Source: Candidatus Hydrogenedentota bacterium
Lineage (GTDB): Bacteria; Hydrogenedentota; Hydrogenedentia; Hydrogenedentales; SLHB01
Length of the DNA stretch: 64,000 nt
Assembly (NCBI GenBank): GCA_963674865.2
Contig: CAXXYE010000009.1
Location: forward strand, 1,376,001-1,440,000
Direction: 5' to 3'
Below, piece after piece: positions 39,864 to 48,762 of this stretch. The notes beneath the pieces are model-generated. The model had not been told where the DNA came from. It was given only the letters and a program-made list of their open reading frames with translations, and searched no databases. The first letter of the stretch is position 1. Each line of letters starts with the position of its first letter. The position numbers and the translations under genes are program-made.

Positions 39864-42800
39864 CTACCGGCTCTGATTCATGTAGACCAGGCCCCAATTG
39901 CAGGCGTTGGTCAGGCCTTTGGTGTCGATGTAGACAGGTGGGTCGTCCTGCCACTGAGGGTCGTTGGTGCCGGTGGCGTAGAACTCCGCCGCGGCGTCAA
40001 GGAAACGCTGGGCGCCCGTGTACTTATACGCGTAAGCCAGCCCGTCAGCCATCACCAAGGCCCAATTGTTGATATCCCAATCATTGACCCAGGGCACCAC
40101 TACGTTGGGATTGCTGAAAATGTAGTCGTACATATGAGCCGCCCGCCCGGCCTCATACTCGTACATGACGTCATTGATTACGAAGTCACCGAAAGATTCG
40201 AGCGCGGCTGCCGCACCCAGGTCATCCGTGATGCCGTACTCGCCGCAGAAATCGAGATAACGCCCTAATGCCCAAAGGATTTGGTCAAACATGAACATGC
40301 GCAGGAAGGCCTCTGGGTGGGCCGTGCCGTACGCGTCGGGAGCGGTCACCCAGGTCTTCTCGGTGAGGTCGGTCGTACCCCCTACGACCGTCCGCAGGGC
40401 CGTCATCCAGCGGCTATCCCCGCTCTGGCGGTATCCTTCAATGTAGCCGACAATGAGGTTGGCGCGCTCCCGCTGCAACACCGGGTCGCTGAAATCGATG
40501 GGATCGCCGAAATTGCTGAATTGAGACAGGTTTTCCATCCCTTCGAGGCCCTCGAGCGCCGTGTCGCGCCAGTGTTCCTCGCCGGTGAGGCAATATCCAA
40601 GCAACAGGCCCGGTATACCGAAGAACAGGTCGACTGACGGGCTGTTGCTGTTCCGGTTAGGATTGAGGTTGCCCGGCTCGTCATGTTGACTGTGCCCGAA
40701 ATAGGCGCCATGCACCCAGTGCTGGAGCCCTTCGTCGGGAATGTGGAGGTAATCGATATCGGCCACGTGCCATGCCCCGGGCACGGCCAAGTCAAGCCAC
40801 TGCAGGTCGGCGGAACGGCAGAACTGGACGAACATCCCATTGAGAAACCAGTACTTCAGATTCATTTGGCCCGCCTGATTCGGGCCGGCGGGCTCGTAGT
40901 CTAGCGGCACGTCGCCGTAGTCCTGCCATCCGTAGAAGTTGTAGTTCTCGATGGCTGCGGTCATGGTTGAGTTTCCGAAGCTTGGGTCATCCACCGCGGC
41001 GTCGAAATCGGGATTGGGCTCGAAGGCCACCCGGGCATAGCGCTCGTAGAGTGGCCACGACGTGGTGTCCATGGCGGGCGCTTCCCCAATCGCGCCGCTT
41101 CCCGTATACCAGGAGCCGGGAGCCGTGCCGAACAAAGGGTTGTTGAAGGCCGTTGCCAGCCGCTCCGCCTCGTCGGCCGTTGTCGTGTCCTGCCCGAAGG
41201 CAAAGAGGATCGAGTGTGTCTTCTCCTCACCCACCCGCAGATTGTGATTGAACTGGTCGCCGTTCGGGAACAGGTCGACGGAAACGGTGCCATCCGTCCC
41301 CGCCTCGATAGCCTTCGGGAAGTTCTGCCAGAAATCACGCAGGGCCACGGTGAGGCGTGGGGCCGTTGCCCCGCTCCGGAAGGCCGTCAGCCAGCCAAGC
41401 GCCTGCAAGCCCGTCACGGGAGAGGACAAGTCTGCGCCGGAGATGGTGTATCCCTGGGCGGTGCAGTAGGATTGGAGCCGGGGCGTCGCCGGGCCCTCTT
41501 CGCCCGGCCACCCGACGTTGCCGACGTAGGCATCCCAATCGTCCGTCCCGCTCGAGTCCTGGTGGAGGCGAATCACGCCCGTAGGGGCGGTCACATCGAC
41601 GCTGTCCTCGGTGAGCACGTGTAAGTCGCCCCCGGTGTCGCGGATCTGCAGGTTGAGCGTGAGGCCGCCTACGTACACGCTGTTGATCGCGCCTTGGTTG
41701 TGGGCGTTTGAAGGCTGTCCCTCGGTGGTTTGCATCACCGGGTGGTTGTTCTCGACGGTGAAATCGACTCGCACCGAGGTGCTGCCCGCATAGAAGTGAA
41801 GCCGGGCCGTGAAATCCAGGATAGCGCGTGCCGAATCATCGAGGATGCTTCCTGTCACGCGAACGATGACGCATAAGGGCCCGGAACGTTCCACCGTGGC
41901 CGATGTGCTTCGAGCCGTGAAGTCCGGCGAGCCGCCTGCGACGATGTCTCCAGCCAGTGCGGCGTCATAGTCAATCGCCTCCGTGGCCGCTAACGATTCG
42001 AGCAGCGTCGTGCCGCCGATGGTGACCTGGTTGAAGAGGTTGAAATCGCCGTCCGTGTTGATCTCGAATACTGCGCCGCCCGTGTCCACGGTCATGGTGC
42101 CGCTGCCGGAACTGACGGAGACGCTTTGGGCCGGCGATGGCCCGGGCCCGAGCTGATCCAGCGTTAGCGTCCCGCTGCCGCTGGCGGCCAGCGACTCGAA
42201 GCCGCCGACGAGTACCCATTTTACGGGAGCGGAGGTATTGCTCGGAGGAGCGCCCCAACGGGCGAGCACGTCGAACTGCGCCGGCAGGGGCGCCTTGGCG
42301 GCATCGCTCAGGCGGAGGCTGCTCGTGTCGGTGATGTCCCATGAGCGCGGCAGGGGCACGCCGAAACTGATGTACTCGGACACGCGCGCCACACCCGCGG
42401 ACTCTGTCACAGTCAGCGAAACCGAGTCTTCGCCTTCGCCTTCACCCTCGCCTTCACCTTCGCCCTCACCTTCGCCCTCGCCTTCACCTTCGCCCTCACC
42501 TTCGCCCTCACCTTCGCCCTCGCCTTCACCTTCGGCCCCTCCGCCGAAGGCGGCCCAAGCAGCGTCCAGGAAGTTGCCCGCGCCGGTAGCGAAGACCTCT
42601 GTGGTGTAGGCATTGGCCGTGTCGTTAGGGTGCGAATTGCCTGAATCACCGCCGTATTCCGAACGCAACTGGTTCGGATGAGAACTGGCGTCATCGGGAT
42701 ACGCCAGGATGTCGAACCAGTCGAACACAGCTACGTTGTGCAGCCCCGTGCGGGAGACGTAGCCGGTTAGCCAGGTTCCCGTCAACCACTCATTGAAGTC

Positions 42801-43682
42801 CCGCGCTCGCGCCGCGATGGCATCGTCCGTGTCGGCCCAGCACTCCGGGGGCGCTGTCACCGGGATGAAAAGGGTATTGGGATTCGCGGCGAACACGTCC
42901 TCAAGTGCTGCATACGAGTAGGTACCGCGGCTATAGGCTGTCCCGGAACCACTCGGATGCCGGTATACGGCGTGGTAATTGGCCAGCGTCTTGTAATCGT
43001 CAAACGGGTCGCCCGGCTCGGTGCCTTCCTCTTCGATGTGGCTGTTGGGATAGCAGCTCTTGAACATGATGATCCGATTGACGCCGTCCGCGCACCCGTG
43101 GTTCTTCACGCTGTTGAGGTAGTCGTTAAACCAGAGGATCCAGTGGTTCATATCCGTGAGATCGCCCGGGGTAGAGGCAAGAGAATCCGTCCGTCCCGCG
43201 TCGGGCGTCAGATCCGTGCCGTAGGTAATGTCATTTCGTTCATCGATGTAGGACTTGGCAAGCAGGGCGGCATTGAGGCCGTTGTTGAGCCAGTTTTCCC
43301 CGCAGGAATGGTGGATGAAGACGAGATCATCCTCGCCTTCGCCCTCCCCTTCACCCTCGCCTCCCGCCGTGACGGTGATGTCTATCGAGTCGCTTGCGCC
43401 GCTGGCATCGCCGGTGGCCGTGATTGTGGCAACGCCCTCCGAAACGCCCGCCACCATGCCTGTGGCGGACACGGAGGCGATAGTCGGCGCGTTCGACGAC
43501 CACGAGAATGAGGTGTCGTCGGCGTCTGTTGAGGTGGCGGAAAGCGTGATCGCTCCGGCCACCGCCACGGTGGTTGCGTCGGTCGTGATGGTTACGGTGG
43601 TGCGTCGCCGCGGACACCCGGCGATACTGACGACAATGAGTACGATGCAACCAATGGTGATATAGTGCCGTAAGCCGCGCAT
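39864..43682 (-). CDS. Modular lipoprotein: Ig-like (Big_2) + SGNH-like + YetA/PL26-like exo-rhamnogalacturonan lyase region, with Gly-Glu linkers
   Basis: Lipobox IAGC; WSSNAPTIASVSATG.V.GVSEG.ATITAT; FIHHSCG...FKSCYP...NSHPN; FGVPLP, DFWQNFPK, YGWQDYGD, HVADID. Confidence 0.6.
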   Translation of the reverse strand: MRGLRHYITIGCIVLIVVSIAGCPRRRTTVTITTDATTVAVAGAITLSATSTDADDTSFSWSSNAPTIASVSATGMVAGVSEGVATITATGDASGASDSIDITVTAGGEGEGEGEGEDDLVFIHHSCGENWLNNGLNAALLAKSYIDERNDITYGTDLTPDAGRTDSLASTPGDLTDMNHWILWFNDYLNSVKNHGCADGVNRIIMFKSCYPNSHIEEEGTEPGDPFDDYKTLANYHAVYRHPSGSGTAYSRGTYSYAALEDVFAANPNTLFIPVTAPPECWADTDDAIAARARDFNEWLTGTWLTGYVSRTGLHNVAVFDWFDILAYPDDASSHPNQLRSEYGGDSGNSHPNDTANAYTTEVFATGAGNFLDAAWAAFGGGAEGEGEGEGEGEGEGEGEGEGEGEGEGEGEGEGEGEDSVSLTVTESAGVARVSEYISFGVPLPRSWDITDTSSLRLSDAAKAPLPAQFDVLARWGAPPSNTSAPVKWVLVGGFESLAASGSGTLTLDQLGPGPSPAQSVSVSSGSGTMTVDTGGAVFEINTDGDFNLFNQVTIGGTTLLESLAATEAIDYDAALAGDIVAGGSPDFTARSTSATVERSGPLCVIVRVTGSILDDSARAILDFTARLHFYAGSTSVRVDFTVENNHPVMQTTEGQPSNAHNQGAINSVYVGGLTLNLQIRDTGGDLHVLTEDSVDVTAPTGVIRLHQDSSGTDDWDAYVGNVGWPGEEGPATPRLQSYCTAQGYTISGADLSSPVTGLQALGWLTAFRSGATAPRLTVALRDFWQNFPKAIEAGTDGTVSVDLFPNGDQFNHNLRVGEEKTHSILFAFGQDTTTADEAERLATAFNNPLFGTAPGSWYTGSGAIGEAPAMDTTSWPLYERYARVAFEPNPDFDAAVDDPSFGNSTMTAAIENYNFYGWQDYGDVPLDYEPAGPNQAGQMNLKYWFLNGMFVQFCRSADLQWLDLAVPGAWHVADIDYLHIPDEGLQHWVHGAYFGHSQHDEPGNLNPNRNSNSPSVDLFFGIPGLLLGYCLTGEEHWRDTALEGLEGMENLSQFSNFGDPIDFSDPVLQRERANLIVGYIEGYRQSGDSRWMTALRTVVGGTTDLTEKTWVTAPDAYGTAHPEAFLRMFMFDQILWALGRYLDFCGEYGITDDLGAAAALESFGDFVINDVMYEYEAGRAAHMYDYIFSNPNVVVPWVNDWDINNWALVMADGLAYAYKYTGAQRFLDAAAEFYATGTNDPQWQDDPPVYIDTKGLTNACNWGLVYMNQSR
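42429..42533 (-). repeat. Hexanucleotide coding repeat encoding E(GE)17
   Basis: 35 codons alternating GAA/GAG and GGC/GGT. A shorter GE tract lies at 43332-43364. Confidence 0.95.
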
Positions 43683-43775
43683 GGCCTCGCCCTCCTCTTT
43701 AGGGTCTCCCGGAAGTGACTGGAATGCTGGAAAGCTGCTGTCCCCTTGGTAGGAATTCCTCCTCAGAGCCTATCG

Positions 43776-43807
43776 GACAGACTAAGGCTCAAGCGGTAGT
43801 CTGTCAA
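43776..43807 (-). promoter_or_regulatory. Sigma70 promoter TTGACA-N17-TAGTCT overlapped by a 9-bp inverted repeat
   Basis: GACAGACTA(43776-84)-N12-TAGTCTGTC(43797-805) covers both the -10 and -35 boxes. Confidence 0.6.
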
Positions 43808-43875
43808 GAGCCTGGGGACATCGGCACGGGCCTGGGAAGGCGATTCGGGGGCAGTTCCTCGGCGTTCTTGTGCCG

Positions 43876-45174
43876 TCAGGTTGCGTAGCGGAACAGGATG
43901 TAGAGGGTGGAAATGATAAGCGACGCGAGCATCACGGGCATGCCGTAGGCCATGAAACGCATGAAGGAGATCTGATAGTGGTTTTTGCGGGCAATGTCCA
44001 CTACGACGACGTTGGCGGCGGTGCCGACAAGGGTGCCGTTGCCGCCCAGGCATGCGCCGAGGGCGAGCGACCACCAGAGCGCCTGATGGACGATGCCAGG
44101 GTCAAGGGAGCCGTGGGTGGCGATTTCGGGGATCAGGTGATGGACCACCGGGATCAGGGTCGTCACGAGGGGAACCGCGCCGATCACGGCGCCGGCGAGC
44201 GCGGAGAACCACAGGAGAACCATCGATGTGGCGAGTAGATTGTGATTCGTGAGGGACAGCATGCCCTGAGCCACCTTGGCAAGTAGTCCAGGGGCGCGAA
44301 GCCCGTCGACGAGCGTGAATAGGCCGACAAAAAAGAAGAGCGTTGTCCATTCGACGGCCTTGAATGCTTCGGCGGGCTCTGCCCGGGTGATAAGGAGCAG
44401 GACCGCGGCCCCCGTGAGGGCTATCGTAGCCGGTTCGAGTCCAAGCGTGTCGTGGAGCAGGAATCCGGCGAAGACAGGCAGAATGACGGCGGCTGTTTTG
44501 ATGAGAAGGGCCGGATTGGTGATGGCGCGATTGGCGTCCATCTCCATGACCTTGGCGCGCGCATCTCGCGGAACACGGGCTTCCTTCCGGACAAAGAAGG
44601 CCGCGGCAGCGACCAAGCCCAGCAGGCACACGAGTGTGACGGGCCCCAGATTGAAGAGGAAGGCGTTGAAACTCAGTCCCGCGGCGCTCCCGATGAGGAT
44701 ATTGGGAGGATCGCCTATGAGGGTGGCGGTGCCGCCCACGTTGGAGGCCATGGCCTCAAACAGCAGGTACGGCAGCGGGGATACCTCGAGTTGGCTTGTG
44801 ATGAGAAAGGTGACGGGGGCAATGAGCAGCACCGTGGTAACGTTGTCTACGAGCGCCGAGAGGAAGCCGGTGACGAGGCACAACAAGATGATCAGAGGGA
44901 TGGGCCGGCCTTTGGCAAGTTGAGCCAGCCGAATGGCTACGTAGCCGAAAAAGCCGCTCTCGGCAAGGAAGTGCACGAGGACCATCATGCCCGTAAGAAG
45001 AAACAGGACGCTGAGGTCGATGGCGGCGTAGGCCTCTTCCTGGCTTACCACGCCCAGCACAATCATCAAGGAGCCGCCCAACATGGCCGCCACGGTCTTA
45101 TGGGCCTTCTCGGACAGAATGGCCACGTAAGTCACCAGGAAAACGACCACGGCTATGATCATGTGCGGCGTCAT
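43876..45174 (-). CDS. ArsB/NhaD/P-protein family (IT superfamily) permease
   Basis: SALVDNVTTVLL, SNVGGTATLIGDPPN, GACLGGNGTLVGTAAN; many TM segments. Confidence 0.88.
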   Translation of the reverse strand: MTPHMIIAVVVFLVTYVAILSEKAHKTVAAMLGGSLMIVLGVVSQEEAYAAIDLSVLFLLTGMMVLVHFLAESGFFGYVAIRLAQLAKGRPIPLIILLCLVTGFLSALVDNVTTVLLIAPVTFLITSQLEVSPLPYLLFEAMASNVGGTATLIGDPPNILIGSAAGLSFNAFLFNLGPVTLVCLLGLVAAAAFFVRKEARVPRDARAKVMEMDANRAITNPALLIKTAAVILPVFAGFLLHDTLGLEPATIALTGAAVLLLITRAEPAEAFKAVEWTTLFFFVGLFTLVDGLRAPGLLAKVAQGMLSLTNHNLLATSMVLLWFSALAGAVIGAVPLVTTLIPVVHHLIPEIATHGSLDPGIVHQALWWSLALGACLGGNGTLVGTAANVVVVDIARKNHYQISFMRFMAYGMPVMLASLIISTLYILFRYAT

Positions 45175-46079
45175 CAGGCCCGTAGAATCCTTGATACGAT
45201 GTCGTTTCGGCCAATAACGCCCACCAATCGGCCCTTTTCCTGGACGAAAGCGATGCCGCGCTGCTCGGACTTCATCCGGAACACCACCTGGATCATTGGT
45301 TCGTCAGTGTCCACCACGAGAGGATGCGGATTCATGATTTCCCCGACGCGGATTGTCGCTTCTTTCTTGAAGAACTCCTCAAAAGGCTCGAATTCCGCCA
45401 GGAACGCGATATCGCGCATCCGGGACATGTACTCGGGGAACGCGGCGTCGACGATCTCGCCTGTGCTCACGGAGCCTACGACTTGCCCGTCGGGAGAACA
45501 CACCGGCGCGGCATATACCTGGTGCTGGAAGAAGGCGTCGAGGAGTTCTCCGAGGGCCATGTCCTCGCGTGCCACTACGGGCGGCGCATGCATGAGGTCG
45601 TGTGCGAAGAGCCCCTTTTTGACCTGGAAATCGCCCTCGTCCAGGGGCTGCCAGATGGCTTTTGCGGAATCGGCATGCCGGATCTTGGCCAGGCAGTCGG
45701 AGTCCTTTGCGAGGCTACCGATGGCGGCCATTGTCTGAAGCATCACCGTGTTTTTCTGATCGCTGGCGAGTATGAGAAAGACCAGGTCGATGGCGAGTCC
45801 GTCAAATCCCTTCTCCTCGAGAGGGGTCTTGGCGACGCCCAGAAAGACGTAGAAGTCGCGCAGCGCGGGCACGCGAGCGTGAGGGATAGCGATGCCGTTC
45901 TGCATGGCAGTGCTGCCCTGTGCTTCCCGGCGGAGTACGGCCCGGACAAGCGCGTCAACGGGCTCGCCCGGATTGAAGTGTTCGACGCGGCGCAGGATCT
46001 CCGGAACTGCTTCGGCCAGCGTGCGCGCCTCCAGATCGGGGACGGTATGGTCGACAACCAGCAGACTAGACAGTTTCAT
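45174..46079 (-). CDS. PTS EIIA (Fru/Ntr-type) fused to a CBS pair
   Basis: RREAQGSTAMQNGIAIPHAR, then CBS repeats (AHDLM...VVGSVSTGEI; VGEIM...LVGVIGRNDI). 1-bp overlap with the permease. Confidence 0.85.
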   Translation of the reverse strand: MKLSSLLVVDHTVPDLEARTLAEAVPEILRRVEHFNPGEPVDALVRAVLRREAQGSTAMQNGIAIPHARVPALRDFYVFLGVAKTPLEEKGFDGLAIDLVFLILASDQKNTVMLQTMAAIGSLAKDSDCLAKIRHADSAKAIWQPLDEGDFQVKKGLFAHDLMHAPPVVAREDMALGELLDAFFQHQVYAAPVCSPDGQVVGSVSTGEIVDAAFPEYMSRMRDIAFLAEFEPFEEFFKKEATIRVGEIMNPHPLVVDTDEPMIQVVFRMKSEQRGIAFVQEKGRLVGVIGRNDIVSRILRA

Positions 46080-46164
46080 GGCCCGTTTCCTTTACGCGTC
46101 TCACGGGGACCCGGCAAAGCGAATATGCCTATTTCGTCGGGGCCAGCGACCCCCGCGTCTTGAG

Positions 46165-46617
46165 TTACGACTCGTTCAGGAGCGACCAGAGTGCGTCAAC
46201 GGAGCGGCATGCGGTTAGGCGCTCTCGAAAGCCCGGCGTTTTGAGGGCAAGCATTACCTGCGCCAGAAGATTGAGGTATTGTTTCTGCGAGCCGGCCGGC
46301 ATCGCAAACAACACGACCGCATGGGCCGGGGCACTGTCAAGGGCGCCAAACTCGATGCCCGACTGTGAAACACCGACGCCGATGGTGGGGCGCATTACCT
46401 CCTTGATCCTGACGTGCGGTATGGCGACGCCGCCGCCTATCCCGGTGCTTTGCACGGCCTCGCGTTCATATACGGCCCGGCTGAACGCCTCGCGATCAGT
46501 GACGGCGTCTCCCGCAGCCAACGCCTCGACCAATTGGTCCAAGGCTTGGCGTTTTGAGAGGCCATCCGCGAAGACGCACAAGTTCTCTCTTGCTATCTCT
46601 ATGCCAAACGCGCTCAT
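46165..46617 (-). CDS. PTS EIIA (PtsN-like)
   Basis: YEREAVQSTGIGGGVAIPHVR, GIEFGALD motifs. Confidence 0.88.
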   Translation of the reverse strand: MSAFGIEIARENLCVFADGLSKRQALDQLVEALAAGDAVTDREAFSRAVYEREAVQSTGIGGGVAIPHVRIKEVMRPTIGVGVSQSGIEFGALDSAPAHAVVLFAMPAGSQKQYLNLLAQVMLALKTPGFRERLTACRSVDALWSLLNES

Positions 46618-46796
46618 TGATACTCGACCATATCTCGTTCTTCCGTTTCCCACATCGGGGACACGGCGCTTGGGAGGCTCTGGGGCCTAGACGCTTGTGG
46701 CGGCCCACGGCCTTTTCATGCTACCAGCCGCAAGAATGGCCCCAATATGCTCGCCCGCACTTGATGGCGAGATGGGGCTGCTGCGTTTGTCTTCCG

Positions 46797-47525
46797 TCAG
46801 TCCGGCACGACGTCGATATCGCAGGAACAGATGTGCTCGCCTGCTCGGGGACATTGCACAAGCCAGGTTCCCTCGGGCGACATGACTCCGGTGGCCGCAT
46901 TGACCTCGCCATTCGGCACGGCCGCGTTCGCGGTGACGATATACACTTTGCTCTCCATGGCGCGGAGCGCAAGGTTGGACTCATGGTAGGGAATGTGGAT
47001 TGCGCTTGAACCGGAGTTGATTGAATGAAAGATCACCTGCGCGCCCTTTTTGCCCAGTTGGCAGGTGAGCCGGGGATCCGGATAGGGGCCGCATCCGGGC
47101 GTCACCCACAAATCATTGCAGATTAGGCACCCGAATGTAATGCCGAGCCGCGTGAAGACGCGAAGTTCCTCGCCGGGCTGACAGAACTCCCGGTCGCCTG
47201 AAGTGGGCACCAGTTTCTCATGGGTTCCGAGGAGGGTGCCCTCGTCGGAGTAGATCCGGGACTGGATATAGACGGCGCCGTCCTGTCGGCAACCGGTGCC
47301 GACAATGGCTGTGACGCAGGATTGCCGACAGGCGGCGGCAATCCTCTTCCAGGCGGCGTGAGCCGCTTCATCGCAGAACTCCCCATGGTATCCGGTAAGG
47401 CTCATCTCCGGGAACACGATGAAATCAGCGTCACTCTCCTCAATATGAGTCAGGATCTTGGGGAGGTTGTCTTCAAGATTCTGCGACACCTCCATCTGGA
47501 TCCCTGAAACGCGCAGTACTGCCAT
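46797..47525 (-). CDS. Carbon-nitrogen hydrolase (nitrilase superfamily)
   Basis: Glu-Lys-Cys triad: VFPEMSLTGY, HEK, GCLICNDLW. Confidence 0.88.
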   Translation of the reverse strand: MAVLRVSGIQMEVSQNLEDNLPKILTHIEESDADFIVFPEMSLTGYHGEFCDEAAHAAWKRIAAACRQSCVTAIVGTGCRQDGAVYIQSRIYSDEGTLLGTHEKLVPTSGDREFCQPGEELRVFTRLGITFGCLICNDLWVTPGCGPYPDPRLTCQLGKKGAQVIFHSINSGSSAIHIPYHESNLALRAMESKVYIVTANAAVPNGEVNAATGVMSPEGTWLVQCPRAGEHICSCDIDVVPD

Positions 47526-47686
47526 CAAGTCTTCCTTTCTCTTGTTTTCAGCCGACCGGATCGTAGCACACCCGGAGGGGGGGCGTCACGCTTCCGGCAC
47601 GGCGGCAACCGTGCGGAGCGCCGGGCCTTGACATGACAGCTTGGCCTGTGGTCGAATTCGCTTGAGTTACCCACAAGGGAGGCCGT

Positions 47687-48337
47687 ATGGACAAGTATTC
47701 CTGCATCCAGTATCTGCTAGAGAAGCGGATTGTCGCCGTGGTGCGTGCCGATACCGGGGGCGATGACCTCGTAACCGTTGTCGAAGCCGTGGCGGAAGGC
47801 GGCGTCCACTGCATCGAGGTCACCATGACGACGCCGGGCGCGCTGGCGTGCATCGAGACGGCCGCGGCTCGTCTGGCCGGTGCCGATGTTCTCTTGGGCG
47901 TGGGAAGCGTGCTCGACGCCGAAACTTGCCGGATGGCGATTCTGGCGGGGGCGGAATACGTTGTCAGTCCGACGCTTTCCGTGCCCGTTATCCAGATGGC
48001 GCGTCGGTATGGAAAACCTGTTGTGGCAGGAGCTTACACGCCGACCGAGATTCTGGCGGCGTGGGAGCAGGGCTCGGACCTTGTCAAGGTGTTTCCCGCA
48101 AGCGTCGGCGGGCCCGGCTACCTGAAGGCCATCAAGGGGCCTCTGCCTCAGATCCCGCTAGTACCGACGGGCGGCGTGAAGGTGGACAACGTGGGCGAGT
48201 TCCTGAAGGCAGGCGCGGCTGCTCTGGCAGTCGGCGGCAACCTCGTGGACAAGGCGCTGGTCGCCAAGCGGGATTTCGCCGGCATCACCAAGAACGCGGA
48301 GGCCTTTGCCGAGGCCGTCCGTGCGGCCGTGGAATAG
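47687..48337 (+). CDS. eda: KDPG/KHG aldolase
   Basis: IEVTMTTPGA, GVGSVLD, TPTEI, VKVFPA, VPTGGV motifs; GGAGG RBS. Confidence 0.92.
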   Translation: MDKYSCIQYLLEKRIVAVVRADTGGDDLVTVVEAVAEGGVHCIEVTMTTPGALACIETAAARLAGADVLLGVGSVLDAETCRMAILAGAEYVVSPTLSVPVIQMARRYGKPVVAGAYTPTEILAAWEQGSDLVKVFPASVGGPGYLKAIKGPLPQIPLVPTGGVKVDNVGEFLKAGAAALAVGGNLVDKALVAKRDFAGITKNAEAFAEAVRAAVE

Positions 48338-48456
48338 TCCCTGCCGTTCCGACGAATGATATAGATGAGGCCACAGGCCATGACGAGCTCTTGGGCGCCT
48401 CTTTTCTGCCCAGGGATTCCACCCCGCCAGCGCCGAATCGAAGGAAGGGAACGCCT

Positions 48457-48762
48457 ATGAAGAACCTCACCGGAGCCGACCGGAAGTATCTCAAGCGCCT
48501 AGCGCATCACCTCGAACCAACGGTTTTCATAGGCAGAGCGGGCCTGACTGATTCCGTGACAGAGGCGGTTAACGTCGCCCTGGAGGCGAACGAGCTCGTC
48601 AAAGTCAAGTTTCTGGAGCATAAGGACGAGAAACACGAGCTTTCCGAGGCCATCGCAACGCGGACGCGGAGCCAGGTGGTTGGACTGGTGGGGCACATCG
48701 CCACCTTCTTCCGCTATCAGGAAGACGACGAGAAGCGCAGCATCACTCTGCCGGCCCGGTAG
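48457..48762 (+). CDS. yhbY: YhbY/CRM RNA-binding protein
   Basis: YLKRLAHHLEPTVFIGRAGLT...ANELVKVK...GLVGH. This is the C-terminal part of track ORF 47848..48762. Confidence 0.88.
   Translation: MKNLTGADRKYLKRLAHHLEPTVFIGRAGLTDSVTEAVNVALEANELVKVKFLEHKDEKHELSEAIATRTRSQVVGLVGHIATFFRYQEDDEKRSITLPAR

Noticed and set aside
42429..42533. Repeat tract as a CRISPR array or phase-variation site
   Set aside because: It is an in-frame 6-bp coding repeat with synonymous variation and no spacers.
47848..48456. Long N-terminal extension of yhbY
   Set aside because: It overlaps eda in another frame; a purine-rich RBS and ATG at 48457 give a normal-sized YhbY.
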